Assembly (NCBI GenBank): GCA_001724245.1 | Contig: MEDX01000041.1 | Location: 1-32,738, forward strand | DNA: 32,738 nucleotides | Reading direction: 5' to 3' | Origin: Fonticula-like sp. SCN 57-25 | Taxonomy: Eukaryota | Shown here: positions 1-10,317 of the stretch, in pieces | How the letters are laid out: each line of letters begins with the position of its first letter | Numbering within the stretch: position 1 is the stretch's first letter | Position numbers and translations under genes: made by a program | Notes under the pieces: model-generated | Seen by the model: only the letters and a program-made list of their open reading frames with translations | Databases searched by the model: none | Told to the model about the DNA's origin: nothing

Positions 1-982
1 CCCTTGCGCGACCAGTAGCGGTACTCGTCGCCGCGCTTGTGCAGCTGGATGCGCTCGCCGTCAAGCTTTGGCTCAATAAAGTACTCCCCTATGCTGCGTC
101 AGCACTGCAAAGAGCAAAAAAATAACGCACCATTGAGCTTTTCGACGATTTCGTTAAAGGGAACGCGCTGCGCAAACATAGGCTTGAAAGGGGCAAAAAT
201 CTGGATGGCGTGCTCCGCGAGGCGCACGCTGCGGTCCTTTAGCTCGCGGCAGACGCGCTGCAGGTCAGAGCAGACGTGGTAGAGGTCCAGGGCGTCGGGG
301 TGAAAGGCGGCAAGCACAGTGTTTTCGCTCATGCCAAGCTTCAAGTCGCGCAGAATTATTCGAATAATCCACTTTGTTTCAACGGCGGTGCACTGGCTGA
401 CGAGCGTGCGCATGATGCGCTCCTTGTCGCCGCGGTCGACCGAGGTGTTGAGAGTGTCGAGAACGTCGTTCACCTGCTCGACGGTGAGGCGGCCGACGGG
501 GGCGCAGCGCAGGCGAAGCACGCCAAAGGCAACTGCAGCAAAGTCACCGGCATCCTAAAGGAAGGTAAATATAAGAAAGAACTAAAAAACCAAGCCCGTG
601 CCTGGGAAGATGTCGGGCGCCGCCAGTGAAGCAAGCTCTGGGCGTCAGGGCTGTCTCTGGCGAGATTAAGCGCCTGAATGATACTTTTTGCAAGAACAGT
701 TTCCTTCATGCCATACGTCGTGCGCTCAACGTCAAGCTGATGAAATTGTTAGTGCACAACAGCGTTGCTCGAGTGGCGCACCTGCGGCACCAGCAGTCGC
801 ATGAGCGGATACGAATCGTCGTCCTGGTCTTTCCACTCGGTGATGCACTGCTCCACCGCCTGCCGCTTCTGAGCACCGTGCAGCTGCCCAAGCCTCTCCA
901 TGACAGCGGCAACCTGCGCAAAGAGCGTGCGGCGAGCAAGCCCCCCGACCTTGCCAGGAGACGGCGCACTCGCCGACGCCAT
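1..982 (-). CDS. LIG4: DNA ligase IV, N-terminal part (continues past the left edge); exons 982-782, 736-602, 554-131, 88-<1
   Basis: Spliced translation gives YGMKETVLAK...DAGDFAAVAFGVLRLRC, KWIIRIILRDLKLG, FHPDALDLY, FKPMFAQR and adenylation motif I EPKLDGERIQLHK...YWSRKG, typical of ligase IV. Intron 601-555 is GC-AG. Confidence 0.93.
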
Positions 983-1017
983 CCCTGAAAGTTGGTAATG
1001 CTGACTGTCACAAGTGC

Positions 1018-1030
1018 TTTCCCGCGCAAA
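1018..1030. promoter_or_regulatory. Candidate overlapping double E2F-type site (TTTCCCGCGCAAA) in the 53-bp LIG4/METTL21 divergent spacer
   Basis: Contains TTTCCCGC on + and TTTGCGCG on -, resembling the E2F consensus TTTSSCGC; position between two divergent ATGs. Confidence 0.4.
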
Positions 1031-1035
1031 TCATC

Positions 1036-1692
1036 ATGGACCCACCCGCGCGATGGGAGACACACTTGCTTGACGAGTACGAGTTCCGCTTCCGGCCGCC
1101 GGGGGAGGAGGAAGAAGTGTCTTTGCGCGTCAAGCAGATCCCTTCGACAGAGTTCCTTGGGCACTCTGTGTGGGACGTCGGGATCTGGTCGTGCAACTAT
1201 GTCCAGCGGGATGTGGCGCTTCGGCGGGCGTTCGCATCGCACGCAAGGGTGCTGGAGCTGGGAGCTGGCTGCGGCCTGCTTGGCATAGTGGCGGGGTGCT
1301 ATGGCGCGCGTGTTACCGCGACCGATCTAGAAGGCGTGATGCCCTTGCTGCGCGCAAACATTGACGCGCACGAGGCGCTCGTGCGGCAGCATGGCGGGTC
1401 AATTGTTTCCGAAACATTAGAATGGGGGCCCGGCCCAGCAATGCCATTCGATGTTGTATTAGGGGCAGACTTGGTTTATTACGAGGAGAATGTGGAGCCG
1501 CTCGTGGCTACGCTGCTACGCGTGTGCACGGAAAAGACTATTGTCTTGCTCGCGCATGAGAATCGCCAGCCTGCAGTGCAGCGCCAGGCCCTTGCGGCCC
1601 TTTCGCCGCACTTTCGCTATAACAAGTTGGACATGAAGAAGGAAGGTGGCGAAAATTTTGAAGCATACTTTCTCAAGCGCAAGCGTAGCTGA
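1036..1692 (+). CDS. Protein-lysine methyltransferase, METTL21/Methyltransf_16 family (single exon, 218 aa)
   Basis: GHSVWD, motif I VLELGAGCGLLG, ATDL, LEWG and FDVVLGADLVY (DxxY) motifs. Confidence 0.9.
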   Translation: MDPPARWETHLLDEYEFRFRPPGEEEEVSLRVKQIPSTEFLGHSVWDVGIWSCNYVQRDVALRRAFASHARVLELGAGCGLLGIVAGCYGARVTATDLEGVMPLLRANIDAHEALVRQHGGSIVSETLEWGPGPAMPFDVVLGADLVYYEENVEPLVATLLRVCTEKTIVLLAHENRQPAVQRQALAALSPHFRYNKLDMKKEGGENFEAYFLKRKRS

Positions 1693-1812
1693 GGCGCTCC
1701 TGTGTATATTTGTATCATTGGCAATGCAATTTGGGGTCTCGTTCTGGCTACTTTATTGTGTTGACAATGTATGCCATGCAATATGCGTGGTATGTCCAGT
1801 CGACGTGCAGGC

Positions 1813-2599
1813 TTACGCGTCGAGGTTGAGCTCGCTCACCTCGGCCTCGGTGAGCTCACCAGAGCGGACGATGACGACGTCCTTGGTGGGCCTATCGCGG
1901 ACAGTCTCGAGGTTCTCAATGGTGGTGGCGATGTCCATGCCCTAAACCAGTGTTATTACAAGCGCAAAATAACACAAAGATAATAACGTACGCTGACGAC
2001 CTTGCCGAAGACGACATGGCGGCCATCGAGCCAGGAGGTGGTGACAGTGGTGATGAAGAACTGCGAGCCGTTCGTGTTGGGGCCGGCGTTGGCCATGCTG
2101 AGGACGCCGGGGCCAGTGTGCTTAAGCTTGAAGTTCTGCAAAATATAAATTCAGCACAACGCTCTAGTCAATAAAAAGCCGAACCTCGTCGGCAAAGCGC
2201 TCGCCGTAGATGGACTTGCCGCCGGTGCCGTCGCCCTTGGTAAAATCACCGCCCTGGAGCATGAACGAGCGAATCACGCGGTGGAACTTGGAGCCCTCAT
2301 AACCAAAGCCATTCTAAAAACAACAAGAAATGTACAATATGTGGCAGTTAACACCATAGCCAAGCTGGAATTGGCCGTACCTCGCCAGTGCAGAGAGCGC
2401 GGAAGTTCTCAACCGTCTTGGGGACGGTCTTGCCGTAGAGACCCATGACGATGCGGCCGGCATCCTCATCTCCGATCTTGATGTCAAAGTAGACATAGTT
2501 GGTGATAGCCGGGCCCTTGGCGGCGGCAGCAAAGCTGAGGAGCGCAAGCACGCCGAGGGAGAGGAGGGCGATGCGCCCGACCCAGGTAGAACCCGCCAT
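1813..2599 (-). CDS. PPIB: Cyclophilin B-type peptidyl-prolyl isomerase with signal peptide; exons 2599-2381, 2313-2185, 2135-1992, 1941-1813
   Basis: Hydrophobic N-terminus followed by [72 protein letters not shown]; three GT-AG introns restore frame. Confidence 0.95.
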
Positions 2600-2727
2600 C
2601 TTGAGGAGAGACTTCAGGTTGTCGAAAACATGCTACCCCGATGAGGCTCGACGGTGTTAAATAGCGTCACCCTGATCGTAAGCGTGACAAACAATCAAAA
2701 CCGGGTCCTGGTGCTGACCCCCGCGCG

Positions 2728-3653
2728 ATGCTGCGACCTGCGTGCGGTACCTTGTTACTCCTCTGCCTTTTCGCCAGTCATGCCTTTGCAGAGTCTAGCG
2801 GTATGTCTTTTGGCCTGCTGTTTACCTCTTTGCTGACGCTTCTTTGCAAGCGTTCGTCAACATGACGGCCGCCCTTGGCTCGTCCTCGGCCTACTATGGC
2901 GCGCAGGTCCCCTTTGACGTGGTCGTCCTCTTGTCGGACGATGTTGTCGATAGCAACCCGGCGAGCTGCGACCCGGACTGCCGTATGGTGACGCTGGCCG
3001 TCAACATTGCGCTCTCGCCGCCGCCTGTCTCGAATCTCGAGCTCATGTCGGCTATGGCCGTCACGTTGCGCGGCGTGCCGTGCAAGCTCAACATCCTGTA
3101 CGCAAGTGAGGTTTGCCAACCATGCGCTAACTGCACTGTGCTTCAGAATTGGCCAATTCGAGTGCCCCTACTATGTTGCGCCATTCCCGAGTGGGACGCC
3201 GCTCACCATTCATGGCGATCTCTCGGTCAATGGTCTCGAGTGCGTAGCTCTGCCCAGTCTTGTATCCCGAACTGACACACGCGGCAGGGACACGCACGGC
3301 GTCACTGATTTCCCTCTCCAGCTTACCTTTCGCGCAATTACCCTTGCCCTGGAAGATGCCAAGGTGACTGCCCCCGCTGTCCCACTTACGATCACCGGCT
3401 ACACGCCCGTGACATATACCTATGAAAGCACCAGCATGCCATTGTGCGTAGCAGCCCTGCGTGCCATTGGCCCCGTTACTAAACATATGTGTCACTTTGC
3501 AGTACATATTCGTCAGCCAGTATTCATGCTACGGTGATCAGTGTCAGCGTCATCGGCATGGTGCTCAGCACGGCCGTCCTCGCCGTCACCATCCTCTTTG
3601 TTGTCTTTTGGTATGATATCAAGGGATTTATTTCGGGCCCCGGCTCGGTGTAG
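2728..3653 (+). CDS. Uncharacterised single-pass (type I) membrane protein, ~255 aa; exons 2728-2800, 2851-3097, 3147-3443, 3503-3653
   Basis: Three introns with good donors and branch points join into one ORF with signal peptide MLRPACGTLLLLCLFASHAFA, a Cys-containing ectodomain, TM helix VISVSVIGMVLSTAVLAVTILFVVFW and a short tail. Confidence 0.75.
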
Positions 3654-3694
3654 ACCGCCCCGTGCCGTCTTTTATATGCTACATATCCAGGACA

Positions 3695-4469
3695 CTAGCT
3701 AGGAACAGAGTCCGCCGTCTCGACCGCCGCCTCTTCCTGGCATGCCCTCTTTCCACCCTTACTGTACACGTGAAATGTCATGGCCCCCTTGCCGTAGCTG
3801 TACCGTCCCCGATGCGACAATGTCCACTCTGAAGTCTCGGGCAACTGCCGCGTCGTCGTGATGACGCGCGCGGTCGGCTTGAGCGAGCCGATCGCCGAGC
3901 TCAGCTTGGCCATGCAGTCATCGTCGAGGCACGTGGTCGATACAAAGACAACATCCGCGGTCGATTGCCAGTCAGTCTCAAACATGTCGCCCTCCTTGAC
4001 AGTGACCACGCGCTGGCCGCCCACAAAGAAGCGCTCGGCAGCGCGCTGGCCGGCCTCGGCGAGCGGGCGAACCAGCTCGATGCCGAGGCAGGACTCGGCT
4101 CCGAGATGAGCTGCCACACAAAGGGCCTTGCCGGTGCCACAGCCGAGATCTACAAAACGCTCACCGCACTTGAAAGCCGCCGGGCCATTGAGCAAAGAAG
4201 CAAAGGACTGCACATTCACCTCTCCGTACGTCAGGCCGGGGAGCCGCTCACTGTGCGGTGCAAAAGCTGAGCGCAGACAATCGCAACCATGGAATCGCGT
4301 ACTTTTTTGAGCGTCGCTCCTCCTGCGCCTTTGACGCAATAAGGTACCCGTCTATCCCCTCAAAAGCCGCATTCACCGCTCCGAGCAGCTGCTCGTTCTC
4401 TTCTCCCCGCTCGATCGACCCAAAGTGGTCGTCGTCACGCGCTCTCTTGGCGGCAGCACGCGGCGCCAT
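3695..4469 (-). CDS. Stand-alone DOT1-like class I SAM methyltransferase, ~240 aa; exons 4469-4303, 4250-3695
   Basis: LTYGEV and FVDLGCGTGK, GIEL, EGDM, ADVVFVSTTC motifs characteristic of the DOT1 domain; one 52-nt intron. Confidence 0.8.
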
Positions 4470-4505
4470 TCAAATGCTGACTGTACATCATCGCTTGGCC
4501 AAACA

Positions 4506-6971
4506 ATGAAGGTGCGGATAGGCCGAGCACTCGGCCGCGGCGGCGAAGGGCGCGTCTATGAGGTGCGCAAAATATTAGGTTTTTGGTGTGCTAACGTGGG
4601 GCATAGGCCACGGACGAGGAGACGGGCGCGTCAGTTGCGGTTAAAAACGTGAAATACGATGCCGGCAAGGAGGATCAGTTAGCTCGCGACAAGGCCGTGT
4701 ACCAAAAGCTCGTCTCACTGCGGCACCCGCATCTAGTGGAGCATCTTGACGTGTGCAGCCTGTCTGATACGCGCTTGCGGATTACGATGGAGCTTTGCAC
4801 TGGAGGCTCTCTGCTCGATGCCATGAAGCGTACGCGTGCAGCCCCGCGCTTCTCCGACACTCATCCAGTGTAGTGCTTGATCGACCGCTGGGCGCGCAAG
4901 AGATCGCCGTCGCGCTCTACAGCGCATGTAGCGCGCTTTCCTTTCTTCACTCTGTTGGTTTTCTCCACCGCGATGTCAAGGCGAGCAACCTGCTCATGAC
5001 GCTCGATGGCACGGTCAAGCTTGGTGCGCCTCATTGACCTTCTTTCCAATGTCTAACGATGCGCAGCCGACTTTGGCGCTAGCACAAACGCGGAGCGCTC
5101 AAGGCACAGCACGTATGCTGGGACGCCGTACTGGATGGCGCCCGAGCTGCTCGTCGCGCAGCACGGCGCCGAGGCCACGTACGACGCCAAGGTCGACATC
5201 TGGTCGCTCGGAATCACGGCCATCGAGCTCGCGACAACGGAGCCCCCGCTCGCGTCACTAGCACCGCTACAGGCCGCGTTCAGGATACCAGTAGATGAGC
5301 CGCCACGGCTCCAATCCGCCGACAAGCCGTACGTGAAATATAAGACGAAGTTATGTGACTGACTTGTGCAGTCTGGCCGACTTTGTGGCGAGTTGCTTGG
5401 TGAAAGACGCGTCGGAGCGCCCGTCCGCCGACGCACTTTTAAATGTACGATTTTATTTATTTATATTTGGTTGCTAACTGTTTAAAAGACGGCTTTTTTG
5501 GTCGACGCCCGACGTCTCCCGCTTACACTGCTTGCGCCACTTGCCGTGCGCGTCAAAGACGCACGCCAAGCCTTTGTTTCCCGCATGGAAGCGCAGGAAA
5601 CGAACGATGGTAAGCCAGATGATGCGGAAATTATTGGACTGAGTGATGCATTATCAATGGCGCCGTTGAATGAGACACAACAGACGACGCCCGCCGCTCA
5701 GATCGCCTCGTCAGGCCCGTTTCGCCTCACCGGACTTGTCTTACCATCCGACCGACTCGTGTATCACTGCGCCGACATTTTTGGTATGTTTTATGCTTTA
5801 TGTTCTTGTTTTACTAATGTGTGTGCAGATGGAACACTTCTTGTGGGCCACTCGGGCGGTCTGTCGGCCAAGTCGCTCGCCGCCGGCAACCGAAGTACGT
5901 CATATTGGTCGTAATAACGTTTTTTAACGTGTTTTGCAAAGCAATACACCCGCTTCTCACTGGAGTCGGCATTCGTCAAATATGCCTTTTGCCTGCCTAC
6001 GGCATCTGCCTCCTCGTTGTCGGTACTATTCACTTTTTAGTTTAACTTTCCTCTAACACGTGACCAGTTGACGGCCGGCGGTGGTCGCTCATGGTCATGT
6101 CGCTCGACAGCCTTCGTCACCACATTGACCGCGTCATCTTTTTCCGCGGCGGCTCTTCTGCACCGCTGCCATTTAAGAAGCACTCGGGGGCGATCGCCGT
6201 CGATGATGTTCCGAATAGGCCGATGTCGGTGCGCGTCATGTGGGGGGCGGACGCGGCGTACGTGCTTGTCACTGCGAGCCCGAGCGTACTTGTGCTGAGC
6301 TGGATGGCCGAGCCGCTGCACCGCTTCATGGTCGCATCGGTGCATCTTTCGGTAAATGCGATATTTTGAATGCTGAATTCATGTTATTATAGGCGAGGGA
6401 ATGGCCAGGCGCATCGCTGATCGCAGCCGACATTTCGAATTCGAGGCTCAACAGCGTTATAGGTACATTTTCATGGAAAGGGAATAGGCTTGGAATTTCC
6501 ATGGCTCACAAATTGCGCAAACGTGCTATTTTAGTGCGAGCAGAAAATGGCGTCTATCTCGCCGATCACAAGCTAATTAATGAGCGCCTTGTGGCTGGCG
6601 TCGACGGGTCCTCTGACTTTACCTGCGTATTTGATATGGTAACATCTCAAGGCATCTGCGCCACTGGTACGCCCCTCACGTGGCCAAACCACCGCTCACT
6701 TTGTATAGATGGCGTTTATTTGATGACGAGTGGGGAAGCGAGAAAGGCGTTTTCTTGGGCGGCGCCGCTGTCGGCCGCGGTCGTGCTGTGGCACGCGCGC
6801 TACTTTGTGTGCGTGCGCGGGTCGGCAATTGAAGTAGTTCGATCGTCGTCGGGTGACCTCGTGGCGCGCCTTGAAGTTGGGGAGGGCAGCGCCGTTGAGC
6901 TGATTGGGGCGACGAATGCTGGTCTGGTTCTTGTCGCGGTAAACGGCGGAATTGCCGCTCTCGTCTGCTAA
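4506..6971 (+). CDS. STE20-family MAP4K-like kinase with C-terminal CNH-like domain; 11 exons
   Basis: [44 protein letters not shown]-terminal WMAEPLHRFM resembles the CNH motif of MAP4Ks. Ten introns (donors 4563, 4830, 5024, 5328, 5445, 5784, 5895, 6023, 6340 or 6352, 6462) keep frame to TAA at 6969-6971. Confidence 0.82.
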
Positions 6972-7164
6972 TTTGCGAACTTTTATGCACTTTTGTATCA
7001 TTATATCATGCATCGCATTGGTGTCTGTTCCCGGATGCCTTGCAACTTTTTTGATGTCTACCAATGTGCGTGTACTTTTGTATAATATCATCATTTCTTG
7101 CATATTACCACCCTGAATGTGCGCGTATACAAATCCCATACATTCTACATACTACAAACAAAAT

Positions 7165-8707
7165 CTACGCCTCGCTGCGGTGCACGCCGGTCCAGCCAGC
7201 GCGCTCAAAGTTCTTTGGCGCCCACAGCTGGAGCAGCCTCGTCGGCGTCTTGTGCGATTCGGACAAGACCGCCTGCGGCAGCAGCGTCTCGATGGCTTTG
7301 TAGATGAAGGACGGCTTGTCCGACGCCGCGCTCGATGGCTTGATAAAGTCAAACACGCAGTCGGGGCTGCGCTGGTGCCGAATCTCAATCTCGTGCAGCG
7401 GCATCTTGCGGAACATGAGCAGCATGAGCTTGGAGCAGTTGAAGAGCGGCGACGGCACATTCGACATGTTGTTGTCGCGGTTCAAGCGGATCCAGCACAG
7501 GTTTTCAACGAGGCGGAAGCTCCACTTTTCGGCAACTTGCAGCATGTCCGCAACAAGGCGCTTGTCCGTCCACACGAAGAGGAAGCCGTTCACGCACAGG
7601 TCCTGAATAGGAAGCGTCGACTATAAATAAGGAGCATTAGGATTGCTATGAGGGGCATGGAAAATATCGACAATGTTCGCACCAATTCCTTCATGGAGAT
7701 GGACCCGGCCGGCGGCGAAGGGTCGTCGCCGAGGTGGATAGGCGCATCAATGTAGATGCCCTGGTAGTTATTGCCAAGCTTCTTGACGGTGGCCTTGTCC
7801 AGCGTCGGCAGCGGGGCCTCGAGGTAGCGGAACGCGCTCGGCTCGACCTTGGCGGTGCCAAACGGCTTGATGATGTGCGCCCACGAGAGGGGCAGCGGGT
7901 ACGAGGGGATCTTGGTGTACGTCGGCACGGACGGGTCTACATGGCTAATGTACACGTGGTCATGTGATTAGACAAGGGAAATAATTAGGAAAAGCGCGCG
8001 AACCGGACGCGGCGCTTGATGGTGAACAGGTTGCCATTGCGATCCGCAAGCTGGTAGTGCATGATCTTGTTGACTGTGAAAAGTTTGGTTTAGCATACAT
8101 AAATATTACAACAACTGTGTACGTACCAAGCCTGACGGGGCGCTCAGTTTCGCGGCGCTTGCGTGACCCGCCAGAGCCGCCGCGGCGGCCGGATGCCGGA
8201 ACCTCGTCGTCGTCGGCATCGTCACCAAAGAACATGTACTCGTCCATTCCGTCCCTGTCCATCGCCGTCAATACACAAAACAACCCCAATTATCACGCAC
8301 TCGTCAAAGCCAAGCTGCTCGTTCCAAAATTCCTCGTCGTCCTCGTTGTAGTCATTGCGGAGCGCGAGGGCAACCGTGTAGCTCGATGTCCGCTTGAAAA
8401 TCTCGTTCAGCTGGTCCTCATCTAGTGTGTCAACCGCGGGTTCCTTCCCCTGTCCGTCCGACTCTGCAGCTTCGCCGGCCGACGACTGAGAGGCAGCCGT
8501 CTTTGACGAGCCGATCTCGGTCTGGTACTCCTCCAGCGCCTGAAACTTTTTCATGATAGCCTCGACGCTCTCATCGTCCTCGACATAGCCGACAAAGTGC
8601 GACGCGCTGCAAAACATTTCGCGCGTCAGAGAACGACGCAACTGTTGTGGAGCGTACCTGATCTTGTGCGGCGCCGCCTTTTTCGTGCGACGCGCCGGCC
8701 TTGACAT
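7165..8707 (-). CDS. MT-A70 family protein, AMT6/7 (MTA9/MetB)-like non-catalytic subunit of the ApT DNA 6mA methyltransferase, ~423 aa; exons 8707-8658, 8606-8301, 8254-8127, 8073-8004, 7944-7683, 7620-7165
   Basis: Five introns join four separate ORF-track pieces in frame (1272 nt). C-terminal GFLFVWTDK, VENLCW, SKLMLLMFRK, EIRHQRSPDCVFDF, KPSFIYKAIETLLP, LLQLWA...RAGW match the MTA9/AMT6/7 clade as recalled; catalytic DPPW is replaced by DAPI. Confidence 0.82.
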
Positions 8708-8766
8708 GTTGGCGCGCTCGTTGCAAGGATGAAAACGGTTCAAAGTGCGCGCCCTTTGCCCCCCGA

Positions 8767-8816
8767 TGATTGGCTGGCTTTTTTCTTCCGCTCACGTGAT
8801 TGGTCCGTCCCCGCCT
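8767..8816. promoter_or_regulatory. Composite bidirectional promoter: two TGATTGG (CCAAT) boxes 30 bp apart, TCACGTGA E-box and a GC box
   Basis: TGATTGG at 8767-8773 and 8797-8803, TCACGTGA at 8792-8799, CCCCGCC at 8809-8815, all within the 137-bp spacer between the MT-A70 and ACAD8 ATGs. Confidence 0.55.
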
Positions 8817-8844
8817 CTTGTCCTCTTGAAGCATCCTCTCTGCC

Positions 8845-10257
8845 ATGGCGCTGCGCATCGTGTCAAACAGGCTTGGCGGCGCTGTTCGCCGCGTGGGCGT
8901 CCGTTCGCTAACCATTTGCAACCGTATGACGGCAATATTTCACTTGTTGTATATTTGTCTAACCAACATTTCCGCTTCAGCTGCCGATGGGCTCGGCGAG
9001 GACCAGCGCATGGTGCAGGAGACTGCTCTGAGCTTTGCCAAGTCCGAGCTCGCGCCGAATATGTCCAAGTGGGACGAGGACGAGCACTGGGACGCGGAGA
9101 CGTTCCGCAAGCTTGGTAGCCTTGGATTCGCCGGCATCTACGCCAAGGAGGAGTTTGGCGGTACGGGACTGTCGCGTCTGGACGCGTCGGTCATCTTTGA
9201 GGCGCTCTCGACGGGGTGTGTGAGCACGACCGCCTTCCTCTCCATTCACAAGTGCGCAATAATAGAGTGATAAATATACGTTGCTAACATTGATACAGCA
9301 TGTGCGTGTGGATGATTGACCAGTTTGGCACGCCCGAGCAGCGCGCCAAGTACCTCCCCGACATGTGTGCCATGAAGGTACGCCCGTTTTGCTTCTCTCA
9401 TCGAGCTCACCGCCACACAGCTGTTTGGCTCATACTGCCTGACTGAGCCCGGCGCTGGCAGCGACGCTGCTTCTCTTTCGACGAGCGCTGTCCGCGACGG
9501 CAACGAGTTTGTCCTGAACGGCTCCAAGATGTTCATCTCTGGCGGCGGCTTCAGCGACATTTACGTCGTCATGGTGCGGACCGGCAAGCCCGGCCCCAAG
9601 GGCATCTCGTGCGTTATCGTGGAAAAGGACACGCCCGGCCTGTCGTTTGGCAAGAAGGAGCGCAAGGTCGGGTGGAACTCGCAGCCGACGCGCGCTGTCA
9701 TGTTTGAGGACTGCCGCATCCCGGTGGACAACCTCGTCGGCGAGGAGGGCCAGGGCTTTTCCATCGCCATGAAGGGCCTCGACGGCGGGCGCATCAATAT
9801 TGCGTCGTGCAGCCTGGGAGGCGCGCAGTCGTCGCTCGAGCAGGCGATCGAGTACCAAAAGGTCCGCAAGCAGTTTGGCCAGCCGCTCGCCAACTTCCAG
9901 GTGCGCGTCCAAACATAGACTGCACGCGATTCTGACATTTTGTACTTTTAGCACAACCAATTCAAGTTGGCCGAGATGGCGTCCGACATTGTCGCGTCGC
10001 GCCTGATTGTGCGCCAGGCTGCAACGCTGCTGGACGCGGGCGAGCCGACGGCCACGGCCTACTGCGCCATGGCCAAGCTCTTTGCCACGGACAAGTGCTT
10101 TGACGTGTGCAACCGCGCTCTGCAGCTCTTTGGCGGCTACGGCTACCTCAAGGACACGGCCGTGCAGCAGTACATGCGCGACACGCGCGTGCACCAAATC
10201 CTCGAGGGAACCAACGAGGTCATGCGCATGCTCGTGAGCCGCGAGCTCTTGAAGTAG
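8845..10257 (+). CDS. ACAD8: Isobutyryl-CoA dehydrogenase, mitochondrial; exons 8845-8923, 8981-9251, 9299-9377, 9421-9900, 9952-10257
   Basis: Arg-rich presequence; [77 protein letters not shown] match ACAD8. Confidence 0.93.
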
Positions 10258-10299
10258 AGTTTCAAGTGTGCAACAATAGAATAGACAGTTTTGTCAATG

Positions 10300-10317
10300 A
10301 ATAAAGATTGATTTATT
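10300..10317. terminator. Back-to-back poly(A) signals (AATAAA on each strand) between convergent ACAD8 and hemerythrin genes
   Basis: AATAAA at 10300-10305 and TTTATT at 10312-10317 within a 72-bp intergenic gap. Confidence 0.5.

Noticed and set aside
2614-2631. Five-codon upstream ORF (MFSTT) before the cyclophilin start
   Set aside because: TSS unknown, so it may lie outside the transcript; no evidence of function.
7960-8743. ORF-track entries 8222-8743 and 7960-8289 as separate genes upstream of the MT-A70 gene
   Set aside because: Canonical short introns join them in frame with the MT-A70 exons into one 423-aa protein.
9430-10197. 255-aa antisense ORF opposite ACAD8 (similarly 19093-19905, 21227-22075, 21820-22656, 27598-28404, 29826-30395)
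   Set aside because: Shadow ORFs expected from GC-rich codon usage on the opposite strand; no recognisable motifs.
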